NCBI GenBank assembly: GCA_035283885.1 | Contig: DATETD010000466.1 | Coordinates: 1 to 34,624, forward strand | DNA: 34,624 nt | Source: Rhodocyclaceae bacterium | GTDB lineage: Bacteria; Pseudomonadota; Gammaproteobacteria; Burkholderiales; Rhodocyclaceae | Direction: 5' to 3' | Made by a program: the position numbers and the translations under genes | The notes under the pieces: generated by a model | The model's database searches: none | The model's input: the letters and a program-made list of their open reading frames with translations, nothing else | What the model was told of the DNA's origin: nothing | In this document: in pieces, positions 19,208 to 26,487 of the stretch | How positions within the stretch are numbered: the stretch's first letter is position 1 | Layout of the letters: each line of letters begins with the position of its first letter

Positions 19208-19810
19208 ATGGATGTCGGTTACGTAGAACATCTTGCCGGCAATCGTTACTATGACCGCACCTTCGATTCCGAGGCGGTCAAGGTGCTGCCGGGGGAATAT
19301 TTCGTCACCACGACCGAAATGGTGTTGGTGACTGTGCTTGGGTCCTGCGTATCGGCGTGTATCCGCGATCGGGAGAAGGGTATTGGCGGCATGAATCATT
19401 TCATGTTGGCCGAGACGACCGAAAAAAGCTCGGTATCTCCATCGGCGCGTTATGGGACTTACGCCATGGAGATTCTGATCAATCATCTGCTCAAGTTGGG
19501 CGCTAGACGCAATAATCTGGAAGCCAAGGTGTTCGGCGGCGGGCGAATCATGGCGACGCTGTCGTTGTCGAATGTCGGCGACCGCAACGCCAGTTTCGTG
19601 CTGGAGTTTCTCAAAACGGAAGGGATTTCGGTGATGGCGCAGGATTTGCTCGACGTGCATCCGCGCAAAGTCTACTTTTTTCCCAGCACCGGGCGGGTAT
19701 TGGTCAAGAAACTCACGCGCATGCATAACGACACATTGATGCGGCGCGAAACCGAATACGCCGCGCGTCTTACGGAAGCGCCGGTTTCGGGCGACATCGA
19801 ACTTTTCTAG
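19208..19810 (+). CDS. cheD: Chemoreceptor glutamine deamidase CheD
   Basis: 200 aa with CheD blocks: [10 protein letters not shown] (catalytic Cys region), GGMNHFMLA and KVFGGG. It starts 4 nt after the cheR stop. Confidence 0.9.
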   Translation: MDVGYVEHLAGNRYYDRTFDSEAVKVLPGEYFVTTTEMVLVTVLGSCVSACIRDREKGIGGMNHFMLAETTEKSSVSPSARYGTYAMEILINHLLKLGARRNNLEAKVFGGGRIMATLSLSNVGDRNASFVLEFLKTEGISVMAQDLLDVHPRKVYFFPSTGRVLVKKLTRMHNDTLMRRETEYAARLTEAPVSGDIELF

Positions 19811-19818
19811 GGGAATTC

Positions 19819-20925
19819 ATGCCAATCAAGGTACTTGTGGTTGACGATTCCGCGCTGATGCGCGCTTTGCTGTCGGAAATCATCAATGGCGCGCCCGATT
19901 TGGAAGTGGTCGGCACGGCGCCGGATCCGATCGCCGCGCGCGAGATGATCAAGGCGCTCAACCCGGACGTATTGACGCTCGATGTGGAAATGCCCCGCAT
20001 GGACGGCCTGGAGTTTCTGCGGCATTTGATGCGCTTGCGTCCGATGCCGGTGATTATGATATCGGCCTTGACCGAGCGCGGCTCGGAAGTGACCTTGCAG
20101 GCGCTGGAAATCGGTGCGGTCGATTTCTTGGCCAAGCCGCGGGCGGAAAACGTCAGTCAACTGCTGGGTTATGCGGATGAAATTCGCGACAAAATTCGCA
20201 TGGCCAAATCGGCGCGCTTGAAGACGGGAGCGGTCAAATCGGTGGAAGGGCGCGGTGCGGCATCGGTAGTTGCAGCGGCGGCGCCGATCTCGGCTGCTGC
20301 ATCGGCAGCGCTTTCGTTAGGCGGCGGTGCGTCGCGCAATTTGAAAGATCGGGTGGTCGCCATCGGCGCCTCGACCGGAGGCACCGAAGCGATTAAGGAC
20401 GTGTTGAGTCGGCTGCCCGCCGAGATGCCGCCGATCGTAATGGTTCAACATATGCCAGAAACCTTCACCCCTTCGTTTGCGCGGCGTTTGGACACCGTCG
20501 GCCCCTTGCGTGTCGTCGAAGCGCAGGGCGGAGAGCGTTTGCAATCCGGGACGGCGTATTTGGCGCCGGGCCACTCGCATATGTCCGTCAGACGCAGTGC
20601 GGGCGGGTATGTGTTGGAATTGGCCAAGTCGGAGCCGGTCAATCGACATCGGCCTGCCGTCGATGTCTTGTTCCATTCGGTGGCGGAACAGGTGCGAAAT
20701 CATGCGCTAGGGGTGATTTTGACCGGTATGGGCAAGGACGGCGCGCAAGGGATGTTGGCGATGCGCAAGGCGGGCGCTTGGAATATCGGTCAGGATCAGG
20801 CTTCGTGCGTGGTGTATGGCATGCCGAAGGAAGCGGCGCAGGTCGGTGCGGTGGACGAGGTGGCGGCTTTGCCCGATATCGCAGCGCGCATCGTCGCTCG
20901 TTTGCGTGCGGAGCCACGCGCATGA
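19819..20925 (+). CDS. cheB: Chemotaxis response regulator protein-glutamate methylesterase CheB
   Basis: N-terminal receiver ([23 protein letters not shown]), an Ala-rich linker, and a C-terminal esterase domain ([28 protein letters not shown]). Confidence 0.95.
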   Translation: MPIKVLVVDDSALMRALLSEIINGAPDLEVVGTAPDPIAAREMIKALNPDVLTLDVEMPRMDGLEFLRHLMRLRPMPVIMISALTERGSEVTLQALEIGAVDFLAKPRAENVSQLLGYADEIRDKIRMAKSARLKTGAVKSVEGRGAASVVAAAAPISAAASAALSLGGGASRNLKDRVVAIGASTGGTEAIKDVLSRLPAEMPPIVMVQHMPETFTPSFARRLDTVGPLRVVEAQGGERLQSGTAYLAPGHSHMSVRRSAGGYVLELAKSEPVNRHRPAVDVLFHSVAEQVRNHALGVILTGMGKDGAQGMLAMRKAGAWNIGQDQASCVVYGMPKEAAQVGAVDEVAALPDIAARIVARLRAEPRA

Positions 20926-21079
20926 TCGCGGCTATACTGGTGTAGGATGGTGCGACTCGACGAGCGCTTGGCGTCATCGGCGGCGGATCGGGTTCATTGG
21001 GTTGTAAATGGGATAATCAACCTTGGGGTGCGAAGCGAATCGCATCGGTGGGTATTTTGATCGAATAGGAAGACGATAT

Positions 21080-21382
21080 ATGCAAGCGACAGTGACAATG
21101 ACGGAAGGGCGTGCGGTGATTCATCTCCAGGGACGCTTCGATTTTAACGCCCATCGCGAATTTCGCGAGGCGGTGGATAATGCGACGACCAACACCACGG
21201 GCGAAATCGCCGTCGATTTGGCGCGCGTCGAATATCTCGACAGTTCTGCTCTAGGCATGCTGTTGATGTTGCGCGATAAGGCGAAAGGCTTGGGGCGCGA
21301 AGTCGCGCTGGTCGGTTGTCGCGGCGCCGTGAAGCAGGTTATCGACATCGCCAACTTCGGCAAGTTATTCCGTATCGACTGA
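21080..21382 (+). CDS. STAS-domain protein (SpoIIAA-like anti-sigma-factor antagonist family)
   Basis: 100 aa from the ATG at 21080, with AGGAAG 8 nt upstream. The ORF-track start at 21023 adds an unlikely leader. It has the SpoIIAA-like pattern GEIAVDLARVEYLDSSALGMLLML, with the conserved DSS serines at 21242-21247. Confidence 0.75.
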   Translation: MQATVTMTEGRAVIHLQGRFDFNAHREFREAVDNATTNTTGEIAVDLARVEYLDSSALGMLLMLRDKAKGLGREVALVGCRGAVKQVIDIANFGKLFRID

Positions 21383-21427
21383 AGCGGCGATGTCCCCAGG
21401 TATCGAAAATTTGGACGCGAACGAAGG

Positions 21428-22648
21428 ATGACTAGAATGAGCGGACCCATACGGCATATGTCGTGGGTAAGGGCGGCGGGAGGATTCCTATTCGGGTTGG
21501 CGATATCCGGCGGCGCGGCGGCGATCGCTTCATACGCTGGAGGCGCTCTTTCCGTCGATGTCGTGGCGATGGCGGTGGCGTTAGGCCTTGCGTCGGGACT
21601 TATTCCGCTTATCTACGCGCACGCCGCGATCACCGGCGATGCGGCGCGCGTTGTCGATTTTATCGGCATGATCGGCGCCGCTGGCGATCCGCAGCGTCCT
21701 CTTGAACCTATCGGTCTGCCCGAAGATTCGCCTTTGTCTTCGATAGCGCAGTCCTGCATCGAATTGGCGTCGCGTTTGCGGAATGGGACGACGCAACTGG
21801 CGGCGAGTGCGGCTCGGTTGAAACGCACCGTCGAGGGGTTGGTCGGCGATATGCATAACGCCTCCGATGGGACGAGTCGGCAAATCGGCGTGGCGGAGTC
21901 CGCCGCTGCGGCCTTGGCGGCCTTGGCGTCCGATGTGATGGATGCGGCGCAACGCTCCGAGGAGACGGCGCGGATTGCCCAGGCGGCCTGTCGGCATTCC
22001 TCGCGAGGGGCGGAAATCGTCGAGGAGGCTTCGGCGGAGATCGAGCGCATTGCGCGCACCGTGGAGCAATCGGCTCAGGTCGTGGCGGAACTCGGAGAGC
22101 GATCCAAAAATATTTCGGGAATCGTTAAAGTGATTCACGATATTGCCGATCAAACCAACCTACTGGCGCTGAATGCGGCGATCGAGGCGGCTAGAGCCGG
22201 GGAGCAGGGGCGCGGATTTGCGGTTGTGGCGGACGAAGTTCGCAAACTCGCCGAGCGCACGACCGCTGCGACGAGCGAAATCGGCAAAATGATCGCGGAT
22301 ATTCAAGCGGAAACCGGCAGCGCGATCGCTACGATACGCGTCGGTTCGGCGCAGGCGAACAACGGCTCGATGCTGGCTAGGCAGGCGGCCGAGTCGCTTA
22401 AATCGATCAATTCGGGAGCGCAGGATACGTTGGATAAGGTATCGGCGATCGCCAATACCATGGCGCAACAGAGCGATAAGACGCAGGTAATTACAGGGCA
22501 TATACACGACGTAATCGACTCGACGCGGCGCCAGCGCGAATTTGCTCGGGAGGCTTTGTCGAAGGTCAATAATCTCGGGCTGTTGTCGAGGGATTTCGAA
22601 CAGCTTGGGGTTTTGACGTCGGGGAGCGAACGGCCGCTAGCGTCCTGA
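21428..22648 (+). CDS. Methyl-accepting chemotaxis protein, 406 aa, two TM helices with a minimal periplasmic loop and no sensor domain
   Basis: Signalling hairpin [31 protein letters not shown]. The TM helices are [19 protein letters not shown] and [20 protein letters not shown]. There is no C-terminal pentapeptide. The start could be 21428 or 21437. Confidence 0.85.
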   Translation: MTRMSGPIRHMSWVRAAGGFLFGLAISGGAAAIASYAGGALSVDVVAMAVALGLASGLIPLIYAHAAITGDAARVVDFIGMIGAAGDPQRPLEPIGLPEDSPLSSIAQSCIELASRLRNGTTQLAASAARLKRTVEGLVGDMHNASDGTSRQIGVAESAAAALAALASDVMDAAQRSEETARIAQAACRHSSRGAEIVEEASAEIERIARTVEQSAQVVAELGERSKNISGIVKVIHDIADQTNLLALNAAIEAARAGEQGRGFAVVADEVRKLAERTTAATSEIGKMIADIQAETGSAIATIRVGSAQANNGSMLARQAAESLKSINSGAQDTLDKVSAIANTMAQQSDKTQVITGHIHDVIDSTRRQREFAREALSKVNNLGLLSRDFEQLGVLTSGSERPLAS

Positions 22649-22658
22649 CGCTTGGGGC

Positions 22659-22685
22659 TGAAGTTTTTACCGAGCTTGCCGGTTA
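22659..22685 (+). promoter_or_regulatory. Candidate sigma28 (FliA) promoter upstream of cheV: TGAAGTTT-N11-GCCGGTTA
   Basis: It matches the enterobacterial consensus TAAAGTTT-N11-GCCGATAA at 7/8 and 6/8 positions with exact 11-nt spacing. It lies in the 128-nt gap, ~90 nt upstream of the cheV start. Confidence 0.5.
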
Positions 22686-22776
22686 TCGAGGCGTGTTCCA
22701 GCGAAGAAATCGCGTAATATTGATGCACATGTTAACGTGTTTGAGTTTTCCAGCTATTGTGCCGAAAGGTCTATGA

Positions 22777-23748
22777 ATGTCCGATTTATTGAAAAATATT
22801 GATGCTCGAACCCGGCTTGCGGGAACCAATAAGCTCGAAATATTGCTGTTCGCCTTAGGCAAGGATAATCGCACCGGACGTTGTGAGCCTTTTGGCATCA
22901 ACGTGTTCAAGGTGCGCGAAGTGATGCGCACGCCGCCGATCACCAGTGCTCCGGAAATGGTGGCGGCGGTTAAAGGCATGGTCAGCCTGCGAGGTTCTTT
23001 GGTGCCGGTGGTGGATCTGGCCGATTACATCGGTATGGTGCCGGAAACGCCGCGCGACATCATGATCGTGACCGAATATAACGGACATACTCAGGGTTTT
23101 CTGGTCGAGTCGGTGGATACTATTTTGCGTTTGGATTGGTCGCAAATGCGGGTTCCGCCGGATATGTTGACCACCAATCTCGGCGGCTTGGTGACGGCGG
23201 TGACCGAACTGGCCGATAATCGCTTGGTAATGATGCTCGATGTCGAGCGCGTTTTGGCCGAAACCGCGAAATACGACGATCATTTAGTGTTCTCCAATAT
23301 CAGGCCGCTGGAAAAAGAGGGAATGACAGTGTTGTTTGCCGACGATTCGCAGGTGGCGCGGGGGCAAATCGAACGTACTCTGACGGCGATGGGCGTCAAT
23401 CAGATCGGCGCGATCAACGGTCGCGCCGCCTGGGACGAACTGCAACGGATTGCCGCTTTTGCCGAAAGCGCCGGCAGATCGGTCAAGGATTATGTTCAGG
23501 TGATTTTGACCGACGTGGAAATGCCGGAGATGGACGGTTATATTTTGACGAAAAACGTAAAGTCCGATCAACGCTTCGAGGGAATTCCGATAGTAATGCA
23601 TTCGTCGTTGTCTTCGATGTCGAATCAACAATTGGGACGTTCCGTCGGCGTCGACGAATATGTGCCGAAATTCGAACCCAATCGCTTGTCGGAGACCTTG
23701 ACCCGTCTGCTGCTGCATAAGCCGACGAATTTGGTCAGACCGCGTTGA
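22777..23748 (+). CDS. cheV: CheV (CheW-like domain fused to a receiver domain), copy 1
   Basis: 323 aa. CheW-like N-terminus (FGINVFKVREV, VSLRGSLVPVVDL) and a C-terminal receiver with the acceptor Asp in ILTDVEMPEMDGY and the Lys in VPKF. Confidence 0.9.
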   Translation: MSDLLKNIDARTRLAGTNKLEILLFALGKDNRTGRCEPFGINVFKVREVMRTPPITSAPEMVAAVKGMVSLRGSLVPVVDLADYIGMVPETPRDIMIVTEYNGHTQGFLVESVDTILRLDWSQMRVPPDMLTTNLGGLVTAVTELADNRLVMMLDVERVLAETAKYDDHLVFSNIRPLEKEGMTVLFADDSQVARGQIERTLTAMGVNQIGAINGRAAWDELQRIAAFAESAGRSVKDYVQVILTDVEMPEMDGYILTKNVKSDQRFEGIPIVMHSSLSSMSNQQLGRSVGVDEYVPKFEPNRLSETLTRLLLHKPTNLVRPR

Positions 23749-23827
23749 TTCTATTATTCCTTTATGACTTTTTTGCCGATGCTTTTTTTCGCGTCGTAGT
23801 TTCGCTCAATTCGGAGAGTGTGCTGAA

Positions 23828-24802
23828 ATGAATTCAGTTGTGGTTGCTTCAGATATTCAACGCAGGGATGGTACTCTGCTTGAGACTGTGGATGCGCGAA
23901 CTAAGCTCGCGGGTTCGAACCGAATGGAAATTCTGTTGTTTTCATTGGGAACGCATGAAACCTTCGGCATCAATGTGTTCAAGGTGCGCGAAGTCAGCAA
24001 GACGCCCGCGATCACCAAAGCCCCGAATATGCCTAGCGGCGTGGAAGGATTGATCAGCTTGCGCGGCAATGTCATTCCCGTGGTTTCGTTGAGCAAGGTG
24101 ATGAATCTGGCGGATGCGCCCTCGAAGCTGGGGGCGTCGATGATGGTGACCGAGTACAGCAAGCGCACTTTGGGATTTTTGGTGCATGGCGTGGACCGCA
24201 TTATTCGAGTCGAATGGGACCGAGTGCGCGCTCCCGAATCGGTGACCAGCGGCACGCATGTTTTGATTACGGCGATCACCGAGCTGGCCGACGGTAAATT
24301 GGTGTCGATCCTCGATGTCGAGCAGATTATGGCGAATACGTTTGGCGAAAGCGTGGTCGGCCAGATCGAGCCGGTGCAGGTGATCGAGGATATCAACGTA
24401 TTTTTTGTGGACGATTCCGGGATCGCGCGCAAGAAAATCGCCGAAGTGTTGGAAAAACTTAGGGTCAAGCATAAACATGCGCAAAACGGTAGCGAAGCCT
24501 GGACCCGCTTGTCGGGTATGGCGGCGCATGCGCATCAATCGGGCAAGAGCCTGCGCGACGAGTTGAGTCTAATACTGGTCGATGCGGAAATGCCGGAAAT
24601 GGATGGTTATGTGTTGACCAAACATATCAAATCGGATTCGCGTTTCGATGGGATTCCGGTGGTGATGCACTCATCGTTATCTTCGGAGGCCAATCGGGCG
24701 ATGGGTAAGAGTGTGGGCGTTGACGCCTATGTGGCGAAATTTGATGCGGATATTTTGGCGGATACGTTGCGTCCGCTGTTGAATAAATCCGCTCGCGAAT
24801 GA
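23828..24802 (+). CDS. cheV: CheV (CheW-like domain fused to a receiver domain), copy 2
   Basis: 324 aa with a GGAGAG ribosome-binding site. By eye it is roughly 50% identical to copy 1 (FGINVFKVREV, ISLRGNVIPVVSL, ILVDAEMPEMDGY, VMHSSLSS). Confidence 0.9.
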   Translation: MNSVVVASDIQRRDGTLLETVDARTKLAGSNRMEILLFSLGTHETFGINVFKVREVSKTPAITKAPNMPSGVEGLISLRGNVIPVVSLSKVMNLADAPSKLGASMMVTEYSKRTLGFLVHGVDRIIRVEWDRVRAPESVTSGTHVLITAITELADGKLVSILDVEQIMANTFGESVVGQIEPVQVIEDINVFFVDDSGIARKKIAEVLEKLRVKHKHAQNGSEAWTRLSGMAAHAHQSGKSLRDELSLILVDAEMPEMDGYVLTKHIKSDSRFDGIPVVMHSSLSSEANRAMGKSVGVDAYVAKFDADILADTLRPLLNKSARE

Positions 24803-24817
24803 TCGGCAGGAGAGAAT

Positions 24818-25210
24818 ATGGCAATTGATCCGAGTAAGCTCAGGATTCTTGTGGTTGACGATTTTTCGACAATGCGCAGAATTGTGCGGAATCTTCTTAA
24901 AGAGTTGGGCTATACGAATGTCGATGAGGCCGAAGACGGCGCCGTCGCGTTGCAAAAGCTCAAAGGTGGCGGCTTCGAGTTCGTGGTGTCGGATTGGAAT
25001 ATGCCCAATATGGATGGCTTGACGCTATTGCAGTCCGTGCGCGCCGATCCGAATTTAAGGCGTTTGCCTTTCTTGATGATTACCGCCGAGGCCAAAAAGG
25101 AAAATATCATTGCGGCGGCGCAGGCGGGGGCTTCGGGGTATATCGTAAAACCATTTACTGCCGCGACTTTGGCCGACAAGCTGACAAAAATTTTCGAGAA
25201 GATGGGCTGA
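24818..25210 (+). CDS. cheY: Chemotaxis response regulator CheY (E. coli-type)
   Basis: 130 aa with an AGGAGAG ribosome-binding site. It is near-collinear with E. coli CheY ([62 protein letters not shown]). Confidence 0.95.
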   Translation: MAIDPSKLRILVVDDFSTMRRIVRNLLKELGYTNVDEAEDGAVALQKLKGGGFEFVVSDWNMPNMDGLTLLQSVRADPNLRRLPFLMITAEAKKENIIAAAQAGASGYIVKPFTAATLADKLTKIFEKMG

Positions 25211-25265
25211 GACGTCGCTGAGGCGTTGACATATTGGCGGCATAGGTTCGACAGGAACGGGTACG

Positions 25266-26453
25266 ATGGCAAAACCGATATTATTTGACGAGAGCGGAGA
25301 TTCGAGCGACCTGCAAGCGTTGTTCGACCAGATTGCGGCGGGCGCTCCGCCGAGTCCGCCTTCCCCACCGCCAGCCCCTCCGCCTGCACGTTCGAGCGGC
25401 GCCGGCGATAATGACGAATTGCAGGCTTTATTCGATAACGTTGCGGCGGCAGCGGCAGTTTCGGCGGCGCCTGCTCCTTCGGCGCCTACCAAGGGGCGCG
25501 CCCCCGCAGGCGATACGCCCGATCTCGAAGCCTTGTTCGATAGCGTCGCCGCTTCGGTTCAAGCGTCGGCCCCGTCGGTGCCGCCTGTAGCCGTTGCGTC
25601 GCCGCGAGCCAGTGCGATGGGGGATAGCGACGAGCTTCAGGACTTATTCGATAGTGTGGCGGCAGCCGCTGCGCCGCCGGTGCCCCCAGCGCCTCCTCTC
25701 CCCCGTGCGGTCGCTACCACGAACGATTCTCAGGATTTGCAGGACTTGTTCGATAGCGTGGCGCAACAAAGCGCCGGTGCGGACGATGTCGAGGAGGCCG
25801 CCGAGGAGGAGTCCTTCGCTCAAATGAGTGATCACGACGGTGCGAGCGTATTCAATCAACTGGGGCAGCTTGCACGTAAATTGCATAATAGCTTGCGCGA
25901 GTTGGGCATCGACAAAATATTGGAGCATACGGCGCGCAATCAGATTCCCGATGCGCGTCAACGCTTGACCTACATCGCCAAAATGACCGAGCAGGCCGCC
26001 TCGCGGGTGTTGAATGCGATCGATATTGCCTCGCCCTTGCAGGATCAATTGATCGAACGCTCCAATACGCTGGCCAAGCGCTGGGACAAAATGTTCGACA
26101 ATCAATTATCGGTCGAAGAATTCAAAACCCTGGCGGCGGACTCGCGATCTTTTTTCAAAGAGTCGCCGGAAAAGCTCAAGGCGACCAACGAACAATTGAC
26201 CGAAATCATGATGGCGCAGGATTTTCAGGATTTGACCGGTCAGGTCATCAAAAAAGTGGTCGAGATGGCTCAGGAAATGGAAGGCCATTTGTTGAGCGTA
26301 TTGATCGAAGCGATGCCCGAAGACAAAAAGGCCGAAGCGCCGATGGCGATGGCCGGTATGATGAACGGGCCGGTGATCGACCCGAACGCGCATACCGATG
26401 TGGTGACTAGTCAGTCTCAAGTCGACGATCTTTTGGAAAGTCTGGGTTTTTGA
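25266..26453 (+). CDS. cheZ: CheY-P phosphatase CheZ with a ~185-aa N-terminal repeat-containing extension
   Basis: The C-terminal ~210 aa are a canonical CheZ: IPDARQRL, the MMAQDFQDLTGQ catalytic block and the C-terminal VDDLLESLGF CheY-docking peptide. The N-terminal part has five motif repeats separated by Pro/Ala spacers. Confidence 0.9.
   Translation: MAKPILFDESGDSSDLQALFDQIAAGAPPSPPSPPPAPPPARSSGAGDNDELQALFDNVAAAAAVSAAPAPSAPTKGRAPAGDTPDLEALFDSVAASVQASAPSVPPVAVASPRASAMGDSDELQDLFDSVAAAAAPPVPPAPPLPRAVATTNDSQDLQDLFDSVAQQSAGADDVEEAAEEESFAQMSDHDGASVFNQLGQLARKLHNSLRELGIDKILEHTARNQIPDARQRLTYIAKMTEQAASRVLNAIDIASPLQDQLIERSNTLAKRWDKMFDNQLSVEEFKTLAADSRSFFKESPEKLKATNEQLTEIMMAQDFQDLTGQVIKKVVEMAQEMEGHLLSVLIEAMPEDKKAEAPMAMAGMMNGPVIDPNAHTDVVTSQSQVDDLLESLGF
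25296..25766 (+). repeat. Five protein-level tandem repeats GDxx[DE]L[QE]xLFDx[VI]AA in the CheZ N-terminal extension
   Basis: aa 11-25, 47-61, 82-96, 119-133 and 153-167. Synonymous codon usage differs between copies. Confidence 0.85.
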
Positions 26454-26487
26454 TCCAGTTATATAGAATAAGACAGGGAGGCGGTTA

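Noticed and set aside
21023-21079. The upstream ORF-track start (21023) for the STAS protein.
   Set aside because: It adds 19 non-conserved residues. The ATG at 21080 has an AGGAAG ribosome-binding site at proper spacing and gives a standard ~100-aa STAS length.
23773-23780. GCCGATGC in the cheV1-cheV2 gap as a second sigma28 -10 element.
   Set aside because: The corresponding -35 position reads attccttt, which matches TAAAGTTT at only 3/8 positions. It is too weak to call.
22650-24802. An apparent AT-rich compositional dip over the cheV pair, which might suggest horizontal acquisition.
   Set aside because: Hand counts of 60-nt samples gave 26/60 to 33/60 GC in the cheV genes. A 60-nt sample in flhA gave a similar 32/60, and the MA-domain sample (42/60) is unusually GC-rich because of Ala codons. 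This is not distinguishable from normal within-genome variation without a proper sliding-window or codon-usage analysis.
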